From contig CACCQD010000001.1 of NCBI GenBank assembly GCA_902547925.1, positions 26,557 through 90,556 on the forward strand: a stretch of 64,000 nucleotides of DNA. Reading direction: 5' to 3'. Below are positions 38,200 to 49,310 of this stretch, one piece after another (position 1 is the first letter of the stretch; every line of letters begins with the position of its first letter). Below the pieces are notes generated by a model that did not search any database, was not told the origin of the DNA, and saw nothing but the letters and a program-made list of their open reading frames with translations. This DNA comes from an uncultured SAR116 cluster alpha proteobacterium. Its GTDB lineage: Bacteria; Pseudomonadota; Alphaproteobacteria; Puniceispirillales; Puniceispirillaceae. Both the position numbers and the translations under genes were made by a program.

Positions 38200-38964
38200 T
38201 CAACCTGATTCATTCCCGCCATCACGGCGTTTTGTCAGCGCCTGGATGATCCCGTGAAGGGTACTGATTTCCTGGCTTGATGGAGCAGCACGGTTGAACA
38301 ACGCACGGATGTTTCTTTTGACAACAGGAGCCATCTCTGTCGACAGGAAAAATCCGCCCGCATCCAGTTCATTTTCAAGCCGTTGATAGAGATAATCCCG
38401 CTCGGCAATGGGCGCCGGTAAGGTGGCTGCGGGTGGGGTGGCGGGTGATGCGGCATCTGTCGACACTGCAAGCATTGCGACCCGCCATTCCCACGCCAGC
38501 AACAAAACAGCCTGCGCTAGATTAAGTGACGGATAGTCGGGATTGAGGGCAGCGGTAACAATCACATCCGCCTGCACGACCTCATCATTATCGAGGCCCG
38601 ATGCCTCGGGGCCAAACAGCAACGCTGCCTTGCCCTTATGCGCCAGAATCTCACCGGCGACACCCCGCGGATCTGTCTCGCGCATTGGCATGTCGCGCCG
38701 GCGTGCGGATGCCGCAGCGATGAAGCTCACATCATGGGCCGCGGCGGCGATATCATCATAAACCATTGCATTTTCAATTATCTGCGCACCACCAGCGGCC
38801 ATCGGAACAGCAACAGGATTGGGCCAGCCATCACGCGGCGCAACAAGCCTTAACTCACTCAGATCACAATTCATCATGGCACGCGCCGTTGCGCCAATGT
38901 TTTCAGCCATTTGCGGTCGTGCCAAAATAACGATGGGAGGCGCGTGACAAGACAGAGCGTGCAC
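38200..38964 (-). CDS. SpoU/TrmH-class RNA 2'-O-methyltransferase (TrmJ-like)
   Basis: 254 aa with a GTG start. Blocks VILARPQMAENIGATARAMMN and LLFGPEASGL. Starts 2 nt after the cimA-like stop. Confidence 0.8.
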   Translation of the reverse strand: MHALSCHAPPIVILARPQMAENIGATARAMMNCDLSELRLVAPRDGWPNPVAVPMAAGGAQIIENAMVYDDIAAAAHDVSFIAAASARRRDMPMRETDPRGVAGEILAHKGKAALLFGPEASGLDNDEVVQADVIVTAALNPDYPSLNLAQAVLLLAWEWRVAMLAVSTDAASPATPPAATLPAPIAERDYLYQRLENELDAGGFFLSTEMAPVVKRNIRALFNRAAPSSQEISTLHGIIQALTKRRDGGNESG

Positions 38965-38966
38965 GT

Positions 38967-40589
38967 CTACCCCGTCACTTTTGGTCCAGGGACACCATCA
39001 TGCTGGAGCTTCCAGATCATGCCATCGCCAAGCGCGGCAACAGACGCATCGATAATGTTCGTGGACAAACCGACAGTGCGCCAAACCGGGCCGCCCGGCA
39101 CCCTGAATTCAATCATCACCCTGGTAATTGCCCCTGTGCCCGACTGCCCGTCGCGGGCATCGAGAATGCGCACCTTGTAATCCACCAGCTCAACATCCTC
39201 GAGGCTGGGATAAGCCGCAATCAGCGCCTTGCGCATCGCGGTGTCAACCGCATTGACCGGGCCATTGCCAATCGCCGCCTCGTGATAGGATGCGTCGCCG
39301 ACAGTGATTGTCGTCGTTGCCTCGGATTCGACGACAAGCTCACCCTTGGCGTTGAAACGGCGCTCATCCATTACCCGAAAGCGACCAATGGAGAAATAAT
39401 CTGGCACCTCGCCAAGCGCACGCCGCGCCATCAACTCAAAGCTGGCTTCCGCTGAATCAAAAGACCAGCCCTCAAATTCACGTTCCTTGACAAGCCGGAT
39501 CAATTTGTCGATCCGAGGGTCATCAGCAGCCACCTTGATCCCAAAATCGGCAAACCGAGCCATCATGTTTGACTTACCTGCCTGATCCGAGACTAGATAT
39601 TGACGCTTGTTGCCGACCTTTTCAGGTGGAACATGCTCATAGGTCTTCGGATCCTTCTGCGCTGCCGAGGCGTGCAAGCCCCCCTTGTGGGCAAACGCAG
39701 CCTCGCCAACATAGGGCGCATGCGCATTGGGCGCTCTATTAAGGCGCTCATCCAGCATCCGTGACAACGTCATTAGCCGGGGCAAGTTGGCCTCGGTGAT
39801 TGAGGTGCTGTAACCCGATTTCAGCATCAGATTGGGAATCAAGGTAATTAGGTCTGCATTGCCACATCTCTCGCCAATGCCATTGATGGTGCCCTGCACC
39901 TGGCGTGCGCCTGCCGCAACTGCGGCTATGGAATTGGCCACAGCGACACCCGCGTCATTGTGGCAATGAATGCCCAGATTAGCATCGGGAAGATGCGCAC
40001 GAACGGTCGAGACGATCTCAAACACATCATCCGGCAACGCGCCACCATTGGTGTCACATAGGACCACCCACGCCGCGCCGCCATCAACCGCCGCCTTTGC
40101 ACAGGAAAGCGCATAATCCGCATTATTCTTGAATCCGTCAAAAAAATGCTCGCAGTCAAACATCGACTCGCGGCCCCGCTTTTTAGCGGCGGCAACGGAT
40201 TGGCTGATCATCTCCAGATTTTCCGTCAATGTTGTCTTGATCGCTGTCTCAACATGAAAATCCCATGTCTTGCCGACAAGACATGTCGCCGGAACGTCAC
40301 AATCAATCACCGCATTCAGCCCCGGGTCATTGGCGGTGCTGCGCCCACCACGTCGGGTCATTCCAAAGGCAACGATCTTGGCAGCTTTCAGGGCAGGAGG
40401 TGTCGCAAAAAAAGCATCATCCGTCGGGTTGGCGCCGGGCCAACCAGCCTCGACATAATCCATACCAATCTCGTCAAGCGCGGTCGCAATCGCCAGTTTG
40501 TCGGCGTGTGTGAAGTCAACGCCGCGCGTTTGGCCACCATCGCGCAGGGTTGTATCAAACAGCCAAATCTTTTCACCACTCATTCTCAA
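38967..40589 (-). CDS. cimA: Citramalate synthase / 2-isopropylmalate synthase family (long CimA-type with LeuA-dimer regulatory domain)
   Basis: 540 aa. Blocks [12 protein letters not shown] and [13 protein letters not shown], with a C-terminal regulatory domain. The CimA versus LeuA distinction is inferred only from N-terminal sequence style. Confidence 0.8.
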   Translation of the reverse strand: MRMSGEKIWLFDTTLRDGGQTRGVDFTHADKLAIATALDEIGMDYVEAGWPGANPTDDAFFATPPALKAAKIVAFGMTRRGGRSTANDPGLNAVIDCDVPATCLVGKTWDFHVETAIKTTLTENLEMISQSVAAAKKRGRESMFDCEHFFDGFKNNADYALSCAKAAVDGGAAWVVLCDTNGGALPDDVFEIVSTVRAHLPDANLGIHCHNDAGVAVANSIAAVAAGARQVQGTINGIGERCGNADLITLIPNLMLKSGYSTSITEANLPRLMTLSRMLDERLNRAPNAHAPYVGEAAFAHKGGLHASAAQKDPKTYEHVPPEKVGNKRQYLVSDQAGKSNMMARFADFGIKVAADDPRIDKLIRLVKEREFEGWSFDSAEASFELMARRALGEVPDYFSIGRFRVMDERRFNAKGELVVESEATTTITVGDASYHEAAIGNGPVNAVDTAMRKALIAAYPSLEDVELVDYKVRILDARDGQSGTGAITRVMIEFRVPGGPVWRTVGLSTNIIDASVAALGDGMIWKLQHDGVPGPKVTG

Positions 40590-40655
40590 GCTCTCCCGAA
40601 TGTGCAGTCAAACCGCCTGCCACAGGGTCTGGTTAGCAAAATTGATACCGTCTGG

Positions 40656-42065
40656 CTAGGCGCGCCGCCAAATCGTGCCATCTGGCCCATCCTCAAGAAC
40701 GATACCACCGGCCGCCAATTCATCACGGATTGCATCAGCAGCCGCAAAATCTCGATCAGCGCGGGCCTGATTACGGGCAGATATCTGTCGGTCAATCTCC
40801 TCTGTCACCACCTCTATATTGGCCTGCATTGAGCTACTGGCTGATAAATCTGCGGCAAGATTAACCACACCTTTTGCCCATTGATCTGTCGTCTGGCCAA
40901 GAAGCCCAAGCAGCCCGGCATTTGTCTTGAGCGCGGTTGCAGCATCGCCATCCCCCTTGTTTGCGGCCCCCGCCAGCTCATGCAGACGAGCCATTGCCGC
41001 TGGTGTATTCAGATCATCGCACAGCGCCGCAACAAGGTCGCTGTCAATCGCATCGGCATCAACAGCAGCATTACCAGCAGCCCGGTACAGTCGGTCAAGG
41101 ACATTACGAGCCTCGATCATTGCGCTGTCAGGCAGTGCCGCTGGCGCACGGTAATGCGCCGCTAGCAACGCCGCACGGACAGTCTCACCGCGATGCGTCT
41201 TGATGGCGTCACACGCCATCACAAGATTCCCAAGCGATTTTGACATTTTCTCATCACCCATCGTGACAAAACCATTATGCACCCAATATTTAGCCATGAT
41301 ATCAGTACCATGTGCACAGCATGACTGGGCTATCTCATTCTCATGATGGGGAAAAACCAGATCAATGCCACCCGCATGAATGTCGAATGTTTCGCCAAGA
41401 TAATGACGAGCCATCGCCGAACATTCGATATGCCAGCCAGGACGCCCCCTTGATGTGGAAAAGGGATTCTCCCACCCGGGCTGATCATCATCGCTTGGTT
41501 TCCACAGCACGAAATCAGCCGGATCACGTTTATAGGGCGCAACCTCTACCCTTGCACCGGCAATCATGTTACCCAGGGAGCGTCCTGACAATTTGCCATA
41601 GGCTGGCATTGTCGCCACAGAAAACAGGACATGCCCGTCGGCCACATAGGCGTGCCCTTTTTCGATCAGATGACCGATCATCTGGATCATGTCGGCGATG
41701 AAGTCGGTTGCGCGCGGTTCATGATCCGGCGGCAACGCGCCAAGCGCGGCAACATCATCCTGAAAATTCGCAATCGTATCGTTACAAAGCTGCTCAATGC
41801 CAATGTTTTTGTCGCGTGCCCGATTGATGATTTTGTCATCAACATCAGTGATATTGCGGACATAGGTAACGCGGGGATAAAGATGGCGCAGCAACCGTAC
41901 CAGAACGTCAAAAACAACAATGGGGCGGGCATTGCCGATATGGACGCTGTCATAGACTGTAGGGCCGCAGGCATAAACACGGATATGTGACGAGTCCAGC
42001 GGCACGAACAGCTCTTTAGTGCCGCTTAGAGTGTTATGAAGTCGAAGTTCAGGCATGTCAGTCAT
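40656..42065 (-). CDS. cysS: Cysteine--tRNA ligase
   Basis: 469 aa. HIGH motif as VHIGNARP and KMSKS motif as KMSKSLGN. Block GWHIECSAM. Its ATG overlaps the gltX TGA. Confidence 0.95.
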   Translation of the reverse strand: MTDMPELRLHNTLSGTKELFVPLDSSHIRVYACGPTVYDSVHIGNARPIVVFDVLVRLLRHLYPRVTYVRNITDVDDKIINRARDKNIGIEQLCNDTIANFQDDVAALGALPPDHEPRATDFIADMIQMIGHLIEKGHAYVADGHVLFSVATMPAYGKLSGRSLGNMIAGARVEVAPYKRDPADFVLWKPSDDDQPGWENPFSTSRGRPGWHIECSAMARHYLGETFDIHAGGIDLVFPHHENEIAQSCCAHGTDIMAKYWVHNGFVTMGDEKMSKSLGNLVMACDAIKTHRGETVRAALLAAHYRAPAALPDSAMIEARNVLDRLYRAAGNAAVDADAIDSDLVAALCDDLNTPAAMARLHELAGAANKGDGDAATALKTNAGLLGLLGQTTDQWAKGVVNLAADLSASSSMQANIEVVTEEIDRQISARNQARADRDFAAADAIRDELAAGGIVLEDGPDGTIWRRA

Positions 42066-43402
42066 ACGGTCTCTCCGCGCAGCCGCGCAAGGACTCGCTC
42101 ACGCCCCATAAACGCCAGCAGGGGAGCAATTTCAGGCCCCTTTTCACGGCCAGTCAGCGCCAGTCGAAGCGGCATGAACAGACCCCTGCCCTTGGCACCG
42201 GACACCGCACCGACCGCCCTCGTCCAATCCTGCCATATCGAGGCTTCCAAATCGCCATCAGGAAGCAGATCAGCCGCTGCAGTGGTTACATTCGCACTGT
42301 CGATCACCGGTGTGATCGGCTGGGTACAAATCTGCCACCAGTCAGCCGCCTCAGCGACGCCTGAAAGATTATCACGCACCGCCATCCAGAACGGCTCACC
42401 TCCACCTACAGCAACTGCATCCAACCGTTCAGCTACCGCGGAAAAGGTCAGCTCCTGAACAACTTTTGCGTTCACCTGTGCAAGGTCAGCGGGATCAAAT
42501 TTCGCCGTCGCCCGGCCAAAACGCGTGATGTCAAAACCATCGATGATTCTTGCCATTTCAGCCGTCGGCACCACCGGATCAGACGTGCCGATGCGCGCCA
42601 GCAAGCTGGTAATGGACATTGCCTCTATATCATTATTGCGCAGTTCGGCGATCGACAAACTACCCAAACGTTTCGACAGTCCCTCTCCATCAGCGCCGGC
42701 AAGCATGGCCAGATGGCCCATCGTTGGTGCGTGTGCGCCCAACGCCTCGAACAGCTGGATTTGAGCGGCAGAGTTGGTTACGTGGTCCTCGCCGCGCAAA
42801 ATATGGCTGATGCCATGGTCAATATCGTCAACGACCGATGCCAGTGTATAGATGACCCGTCCATCTGCTCGCATCAGCACCGGATCCGACAGGCTGGACA
42901 TATTATAGGCGACATCACCGCGCACCATATCATGCCAACGCACCTCCGCATCCTCTAACTGAAACCGCCAATGCGGCTGACGGCCCTCGGCCTCAAAGAC
43001 GGCAACCTGTTCCGCTGTCAATTTCAGCGCGGCTCTGTCATAAACAGGTGGGCGCCCGGCTGAGAGCTGCGCCTTGCGTTTGAGGGCTAACTCCTCGGGT
43101 GTTTCATAGCAAGCATAAGCCCGTCCGTCGGCGTGCAATTGCGCCAGCACTGCATCATAACGGTCCAGCCGCTCAGATTGTCGGTCCTCGACATCCCAGG
43201 CCATCCCCATCCAAGTCAGATCAGCCCGAATACCCTCCTCAAAGGTGGCGGTCGACCGTTCGGCGTCTGTATCATCAATGCGCAGCATGAACTGCCCGCC
43301 TGCTTTGCGGGCAAAGAGAAAATTGACCAGCGCCGTGCGCAGATTTCCGACATGCAGATTGCCTGTCGGACTGGGGGCAAAGCGAACCTTGATTTGGCTC
43401 AT
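42062..43402 (-). CDS. gltX: Glutamate--tRNA ligase
   Basis: 446 aa. N-terminus VRFAPSPTGNLHVGNLRTAL and an LSKR variant of KMSKS (GLSKRLGS). 4-nt overlaps at both ends, with nadE and cysS. Confidence 0.92.
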   Translation of the reverse strand: MSQIKVRFAPSPTGNLHVGNLRTALVNFLFARKAGGQFMLRIDDTDAERSTATFEEGIRADLTWMGMAWDVEDRQSERLDRYDAVLAQLHADGRAYACYETPEELALKRKAQLSAGRPPVYDRAALKLTAEQVAVFEAEGRQPHWRFQLEDAEVRWHDMVRGDVAYNMSSLSDPVLMRADGRVIYTLASVVDDIDHGISHILRGEDHVTNSAAQIQLFEALGAHAPTMGHLAMLAGADGEGLSKRLGSLSIAELRNNDIEAMSITSLLARIGTSDPVVPTAEMARIIDGFDITRFGRATAKFDPADLAQVNAKVVQELTFSAVAERLDAVAVGGGEPFWMAVRDNLSGVAEAADWWQICTQPITPVIDSANVTTAAADLLPDGDLEASIWQDWTRAVGAVSGAKGRGLFMPLRLALTGREKGPEIAPLLAFMGRERVLARLRGETV

Positions 43403-45081
43403 GAGGACTCCTTGCTGCCTGATAGATGCAGCGGGTTAAACCCTGAGGTTAGCGGCAGACGCCGGTCTCGACCAAAGGCAAGCGGCGTCATTTTTGGCCC
43501 AGGCGCAGCCTGAAAGCGCTTATATTCAGCCCGGAATAACAGCTGGCTGGTCCGCGCAACCTCCTCCCGGTCATACCCGCGTGCGACTATCGTCTCAATA
43601 TCCGACATTTCCTCACAGATCGCCATCATGATGGCATCAAGACGTTCATAGGGCGGCAGTGAATCCGTGTCCTTTTGATCCGGACGAAGTTCTGCTGAGG
43701 GAGGCTTGTCGATGATACGCGGTGGTATCACCTCACCCGCAGGGCCGGCAGCGCCGCGTGGCAAATTCTGGTTGCGCCAGCGACACAGGTCGAAAACCTG
43801 AACCTTCCAGACATCTTTCAATGGCGCAAACCCACCACACATATCACCATATAGGGTCGAATAGCCCGCCGCATATTCGGATTTGTTACCGGTCGCAAGC
43901 ACCATCGGGCCATGTTTATTGGACAGCGCCATTAGAACAAGGCCACGCAGACGCGACTGGATGTTTTCCTCAGCAATGTCTGCCTCAGTGCCAGAAAACT
44001 GGCTGGCCAACATGGTATCCAGCGCCTCCATGGCAGGGCCGATATTGATCGTGTCGAGCGGGATGCCGTAGCGCGTTGCCAAATCGGCAGCATCATCAAG
44101 ACTGTCTTGACTGGTATAAGGTGACGGCATCATCACCGCATGGACTTTTTCAGGACCGATGGCATCAGCCGCAATGGCCGCCACCAACGCCGAGTCAATA
44201 CCACCCGAAAGGCCAAGACCAACGCCCGGGAATCCATTTTTTTCAACATAGTCACGAAGGCCGAGCATCAAACCGCGATATAGCGCCTCGGCGCCCTCAT
44301 CAGGTGGCGTGATCTGACCGGTCAGATGAAGATCACCTAATTGATCTATCACCTCAACGAGGGTAACAGACTCAGAAAAGCTCGGCAGATGACAGGCCAG
44401 CTTGCCCCCCATATTAATAGCAAACGATCCACCATCATAGACAAGCTCATCCTGGCCACCGATCATGTTCACATAAATCACCGGCAAGCCAGCCTCAACG
44501 GCACGCGCCACAGCATGCAGCATTCGCTGATCTGTTTTGCCTGTCTCAAAGGGAGACGCGTTCAGTGCGATAATCATCTGCGCGCCCGACTCCGCCATGC
44601 ATTCAATCACATCGGGCGTCCACATATCCTCGCAGATAGGAAGGCCAAGTCGTAGGCCGCGCACCATAATCGGACCGGGCATTGCGCCCGCCACAAAATT
44701 CCGCTTGTCGTCAAAGACGCCATAGTTGGGCAGGTTGACCTTGTCACGACGCCCGATAAGCTCGCCGCCATCAAGCACAAAAACACTGTTATAAATCAAT
44801 CCATCTTCGGCATAGGGCGCGCCAACGATGATCGCCGGGCCACCGTCTTTGGTAAGTGCTGTCAACTCGTCAATAGCAGCCGCCACCTCATCCATGAAGT
44901 CGCTGCGCAGAACCAGATCGTCGCACGGGTAGCCAGCCAGATACATCTCCGGCGTCACAATCACCGCAGCACCGCTCTGTGCTGCCTTTGCGCGGGCATC
45001 GGCCAGCCTGTCAAGATTGGCCCGGACATTGCCGAGATGCGGGTTCAACTGCGCGAGCGCGATGGAAAGAGGTGGGTGCAT
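43399..45081 (-). CDS. nadE: Glutamine-dependent NAD+ synthetase (CN-hydrolase domain plus NAD synthase domain)
   Basis: 560 aa. The N-terminal nitrilase-like domain has PEMYLAGYP and LPICEDMW. The C-terminal domain has the PP-loop LGLSGGIDSA. Confidence 0.92.
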   Translation of the reverse strand: MHPPLSIALAQLNPHLGNVRANLDRLADARAKAAQSGAAVIVTPEMYLAGYPCDDLVLRSDFMDEVAAAIDELTALTKDGGPAIIVGAPYAEDGLIYNSVFVLDGGELIGRRDKVNLPNYGVFDDKRNFVAGAMPGPIMVRGLRLGLPICEDMWTPDVIECMAESGAQMIIALNASPFETGKTDQRMLHAVARAVEAGLPVIYVNMIGGQDELVYDGGSFAINMGGKLACHLPSFSESVTLVEVIDQLGDLHLTGQITPPDEGAEALYRGLMLGLRDYVEKNGFPGVGLGLSGGIDSALVAAIAADAIGPEKVHAVMMPSPYTSQDSLDDAADLATRYGIPLDTINIGPAMEALDTMLASQFSGTEADIAEENIQSRLRGLVLMALSNKHGPMVLATGNKSEYAAGYSTLYGDMCGGFAPLKDVWKVQVFDLCRWRNQNLPRGAAGPAGEVIPPRIIDKPPSAELRPDQKDTDSLPPYERLDAIMMAICEEMSDIETIVARGYDREEVARTSQLLFRAEYKRFQAAPGPKMTPLAFGRDRRLPLTSGFNPLHLSGSKESS

Positions 45082-45092
45082 GTATCTTCGAT

Positions 45093-46229
45093 CTATTTGC
45101 GAAACAGAAACTCTCGACCAGCCTTTACCATGTACCGGCCATCATAGGAAATAACATCAGCAGTTGCATAGGTTTCCGACCAGATCTGTGGCAGGAATGA
45201 TCCGGTGCCAATCACATCAACCGGCGCATCGGCAAAGGCAAAAACACGGCATTTGTCAGGGCCAAATCCGCTCGAGGCGACAATCCGCACCTTGTCAAAA
45301 CCGTTCTCATCCAGTTTTTCACGCATATGCCAAACCGCAGCAGCACTAACCCCTGTTCCCATCAGGAATTTCAGCTCCGAATCATTTCTGTAGCCACGAA
45401 TGGCCTGTGGCACACTTCGTTCCAGAACCGCATATGAGGATTGGGTGTCCAACCCCTCGACAAACCGGCCACCGTGCGTATCCAGGCGAACCGCAAGGCG
45501 TCCCTCCGCCGCTAGTTCAGGAAAGCGCCGCGCCACTGCCAGCGCGTCAGTGATTTCCTGGCCGAAGTAATCAACCAGAACGGTCAATGGCGCATTGGGA
45601 ACCGTTTGATGAAACATCTCTGCTGCCCGCACCGTAGAGCCCGCATACCCAATCAACGCGTGCGGCATGGTACCAGCACCGCGTTCCCTGCCAAAAAAAT
45701 GTGCTGTCGCATCAGCCGCACAACCGATGAAGCCAATCGCACCCGTCTTGGAGCGGGCTTTCTCGGAGCCAACGGAGGCCCCATAGGCCATCAGATCAGC
45801 CATTTCCGAACCGGCACAATGGCGCGCGTCCATCGCCAGAAACGAAACATCTGGCAATTCAACGCACATGTTGTAGGCGTTGTAAGCAGCAACGCAGGCC
45901 GCGCCCAGCCGCTGCAACAGGATCGTTTCCAGGTCGACAAGAACAGAAAACGGTCCCGTAATATAACACATTGGCTCACCGGCACCGACCCAGGCACCCT
46001 CCGGATAGGCCAGATCGATCTTTATCTTCTTGCCACGCGACTCCGCCATCGCCTGCAACCAGTCAAAGGCAAGGCGACCGGCAAACGTCACTGGCCGTCG
46101 CATAAAAACGGCATAGACAACCTCGACATCCCCATGCTCCTGAACGATGGTGCGGGTGTGACGAAAATATGTGTCTGTAAGGCTCGGTTGAGCTTCCGGC
46201 GACGGACCTTTACTGACGAAGTCTGCCAT
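45093..46229 (-). CDS. Nicotinate phosphoribosyltransferase-like protein (type II PRTase family)
   Basis: ORF 45093..46280. Preferred start is ATG 46229 (MADFVSKGPS...LTDTYFRHT) with GAGGAG 8 nt upstream. Its stop lies 11 nt upstream of the nadE start codon. Family assignment comes from N-terminal TDxYF-type and barrel-region similarity recalled from memory. Confidence 0.75.
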   Translation of the reverse strand: MADFVSKGPSPEAQPSLTDTYFRHTRTIVQEHGDVEVVYAVFMRRPVTFAGRLAFDWLQAMAESRGKKIKIDLAYPEGAWVGAGEPMCYITGPFSVLVDLETILLQRLGAACVAAYNAYNMCVELPDVSFLAMDARHCAGSEMADLMAYGASVGSEKARSKTGAIGFIGCAADATAHFFGRERGAGTMPHALIGYAGSTVRAAEMFHQTVPNAPLTVLVDYFGQEITDALAVARRFPELAAEGRLAVRLDTHGGRFVEGLDTQSSYAVLERSVPQAIRGYRNDSELKFLMGTGVSAAAVWHMREKLDENGFDKVRIVASSGFGPDKCRVFAFADAPVDVIGTGSFLPQIWSETYATADVISYDGRYMVKAGREFLFRK

Positions 46230-46304
46230 GAGTGCGCTCCTCTGAAAGGCGGCGGCTAGTTGGCAACAAATTGCCGTCACACGCGCGCCACTGACGTTGG
46301 CCGG

Positions 46305-47684
46305 TCAGACCGCTTCGGATAGTGAAAGCCCAGTATCACGGCGCTTTTTCAGCAAATGGGCAATCAGGAATGCCAGTTCCAGAGCCTGCCCACCATTCAA
46401 TCGCGGGTCACAATGAGTGTGATAACGATCGCCAAGACGCGCCTCGGTCACATCTACGACACCACCAACACACTCAGTCACATTCTGACCCGTCATCTCG
46501 AAATGCACACCACCCGGATGGGAGCCTATTTCGTCATGAACTTCAAAAAACCCTCGCACTTCAGCCATGATGTCATCGACACGACGCGTCTTGAAACCAG
46601 TGCTTGCCTTGATTGTATTGCCATGCATCGGGTCACAACACCACACGACTTTCGCGCCGGATTTCTGCACCGCCTTGACCAATGGTGGCAGACCAGTCCG
46701 CACTTTATCAGCCCCCATACGGGCAATCAGCGTCAGGCGACCCGGTGTGTTGTCCGGATTCAGAACGTCAATCAGACGCGACAATTCATCCGGGTCCAGT
46801 GAAGGTCCACATTTCAACCCGATCGGATTTGCAATGCCCTTCATATATTCTACATGCGCTCCGTGTGGCTGGCGCGTTCTGTCTCCAATCCAGATCATGT
46901 GCGCCGAAGTGGCGTACCAGCCCTGCTCATCGGTGATCGTGTCACGCCGCGTCAGTGCTTGCTCATAATTGAGCAGCAGCGCCTCATGGCTGGTGTAGAA
47001 ATCAGTTTCAGCCAGCGGGCGCGCCGTTTCCGGGGTCACACCACAAGCGCGCATGAATTCGAGGCTTTCCTGAATGCGGCCAGCCAACTCTTCAAATCGG
47101 GCCGCCTCTGGCGTATCACGCAAAAACCCAACGACCCAGCTATGCACCTTTGTCAAGTCGGCAAGACCTCCTTGAGCAAACGCCCGAAGCAAATTGAGCG
47201 TTGCGGCGGATTGTTCATAGACGCGGAGCAACCGCTTGGGATCAGGCGTGCGCTCTTCATCGGTAAACCCCATGGCATTGACCATGTCCCCACGATAGCT
47301 CGGCAGCTCAATTCCATCAATTACTTCGGTTGGCGCTGAGCGTGGTTTGGCGAATTGCCCGGCAAGCCGGCCGATTTTGACCACAGGCATTGCCGCACCA
47401 AAGGTCAGAACAACCGCCATCTGCAAAAGCACGCGAAAACTGTCACGAATGTTATTGGCAGAAAATTCAGCAAAACTCTCGGCGCAATCACCACCTTGCA
47501 GCAAGAAGGCCTTGCCTTCTGCCACCGCGCCCAATTGGTCACGCAGGCGCTGTGCTTCGCCTGCAAACACCAATGGCGGCATTGCCGCCAGCTTGGCCTC
47601 AACCGACGCGACTTTGTCCTCATTCGGGTAGTCCGGCACCTGTAAAATAGGCCGGTCACGCCAACTATTTGGCTGCCAAGTCAT
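46305..47684 (-). CDS. Class II 3-deoxy-7-phosphoheptulonate (DAHP) synthase
   Basis: 459 aa. N-terminus [18 protein letters not shown] and blocks [24 protein letters not shown] and [10 protein letters not shown] are typical of class II DAHPS. Confidence 0.92.
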   Translation of the reverse strand: MTWQPNSWRDRPILQVPDYPNEDKVASVEAKLAAMPPLVFAGEAQRLRDQLGAVAEGKAFLLQGGDCAESFAEFSANNIRDSFRVLLQMAVVLTFGAAMPVVKIGRLAGQFAKPRSAPTEVIDGIELPSYRGDMVNAMGFTDEERTPDPKRLLRVYEQSAATLNLLRAFAQGGLADLTKVHSWVVGFLRDTPEAARFEELAGRIQESLEFMRACGVTPETARPLAETDFYTSHEALLLNYEQALTRRDTITDEQGWYATSAHMIWIGDRTRQPHGAHVEYMKGIANPIGLKCGPSLDPDELSRLIDVLNPDNTPGRLTLIARMGADKVRTGLPPLVKAVQKSGAKVVWCCDPMHGNTIKASTGFKTRRVDDIMAEVRGFFEVHDEIGSHPGGVHFEMTGQNVTECVGGVVDVTEARLGDRYHTHCDPRLNGGQALELAFLIAHLLKKRRDTGLSLSEAV

Positions 47685-47827
47685 GCAAATTCACCTTTGA
47701 TTCGTCGATAGCGGCAAAAACTTCAAGGCAGAGTCTCACCACGGGATCCTGTCCTAAACCCCTATAATGGTCAAATTCCCTGCTTTTTCAACTAAATTCA
47801 CACAGTGACAAAAGACAAAAAAGCAAG

Positions 47828-49180
47828 TTACGAGCGCGGCGAGCGCATGGTCACAAATTCCTCTGCTGCAGTGGGGTGGATGCCAATGGTCGCATCAAAA
47901 TCTGCTTTCGTAGCCCCCATTTTGACGGCGATCGCAATCCCCTGCATGATTTCACCACTGTCTGGCCCCATCATGTGAACCCCAACAACCCTGTTGGACG
48001 CCGTTTCGACAATCAGCTTCATGTAACTTTTTTCAGCGCGGCCCGAGATGGTGTTTTTCAGCGCACGGAAGCGGCTCTCAAAAACCGTTATTCCGGCATA
48101 TTTCTCAGCTGCCTCTTCCTCACTCAGCCCAACGGTGGCAATGGGCGGTTGGCTGAAAACGGCCGAGGCAACTTTATCGTGGCTGGCACCCCGGTTCATC
48201 CCACCATAGGTGCTGTCGGCAAATGCATGCCCTTCGGCAATCGCAACAGGTGTCAGATTGATGCGATCAGTGACATCGCCGACCGCATAGATCGATGGCA
48301 CCGACGTACGAGAGGTTTCATCCACAATCACCTCGCCGCGCCCACCCATTTCAACACCAGTTTCATCCAGCCTCAACCCGCCTGTATTCGGGCTCCGTCC
48401 GGTTGCGGCCATCACTTGGGAGGCGGTGACCACAGCGCCATCGCTCAGGCTGACCTGTTTGCCATTATCATCATCCGTAATCGCTGATATCGTTGTTTCG
48501 GGATGTAGGATGATGCCACGTCCCTCAAGGGCTGTGGCAATCTCGCGGCGAATATCCGCGTCAAAGCCGCGCAATGGCAGGTCACTTCGATAGACAAGAT
48601 GCGTTTTCGCACCAAAGCCATTGAAAATACCAGCAAATTCAAGCGCGATGTAACCGCTGCCATAGATTACGATTTCATCGGGAAATATTTCGAGATCCAG
48701 CGCCTCATTCGAGGTGATGGCATGCTCTGCCATGCCCGGAACATCAAGCAATTGCGGCGCGCCGCCAGCCGCAATCAAAATTCGTTCAGCTGTCAATTCC
48801 TGTTTATTGACAGTGACTTGATTAGGACCTGTTACAATTGCCCACCCGTCAATCAACTCGGCGCCAACATTTTTCAGCAAAGAGCGATAGATACCCTCCA
48901 GCCGGTCGAGCTCGGCGTTTTTTTCAGCAATCAGATTTGACCAGCTGTGACCCTCAACCTTGACATTCCACCCAAAACCACGAGCATCCTCAGCGTCAGC
49001 TGAAAAGGCGGCACCATACATCAACAGCTTTTTGGGAACGCAACCGCGAATGACGCAAGTGCCTCCCGGCCTGTCACCCTCAATGACCGCCACCTTTGCA
49101 CCATGGCCAGCCGATATACGGGCAGCCCGGACGCCGCCGGAACCAGCGCCAATCACAATCAGATCATAATCATATGTCAC
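47828..49180 (-). CDS. gor: Glutathione-disulfide reductase
   Basis: ORF 47828..49249 has a TTG start. The more likely start is GTG 49180, giving (M)TYDYDLIVIGAGSGG. Redox-active disulfide GGTCVIRGCVPKK. C-terminal HPTAAEEF. Confidence 0.9.
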   Translation of the reverse strand: MTYDYDLIVIGAGSGGVRAARISAGHGAKVAVIEGDRPGGTCVIRGCVPKKLLMYGAAFSADAEDARGFGWNVKVEGHSWSNLIAEKNAELDRLEGIYRSLLKNVGAELIDGWAIVTGPNQVTVNKQELTAERILIAAGGAPQLLDVPGMAEHAITSNEALDLEIFPDEIVIYGSGYIALEFAGIFNGFGAKTHLVYRSDLPLRGFDADIRREIATALEGRGIILHPETTISAITDDDNGKQVSLSDGAVVTASQVMAATGRSPNTGGLRLDETGVEMGGRGEVIVDETSRTSVPSIYAVGDVTDRINLTPVAIAEGHAFADSTYGGMNRGASHDKVASAVFSQPPIATVGLSEEEAAEKYAGITVFESRFRALKNTISGRAEKSYMKLIVETASNRVVGVHMMGPDSGEIMQGIAIAVKMGATKADFDATIGIHPTAAEEFVTMRSPRS

Positions 49181-49310
49181 AAGTCTTGCCCATGATAAAC
49201 TAGTGTGAATGGCCGTCCCACGGATACGGGAGCACACAATAGTGAACAATGGCCAGCATTTTCACCTGGCCATTGCACCTACTGCCTATACCTAGTCATC
49301 ATGTCAGGAA

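Noticed and set aside
40146-40832. A 228-aa plus-strand ORF.
   Set aside because: It is antisense to the cimA-like 5' region and the cysS 3' end, and it spans an intergenic gap of the real genes.
45606-46259. A 217-aa plus-strand ORF.
   Set aside because: It is antisense to the NAPRTase-like gene. It is a shadow frame.
47876-48487. A 203-aa plus-strand ORF.
   Set aside because: It is antisense to gor, which has the diagnostic GGTCVIRGCVPKK redox site.
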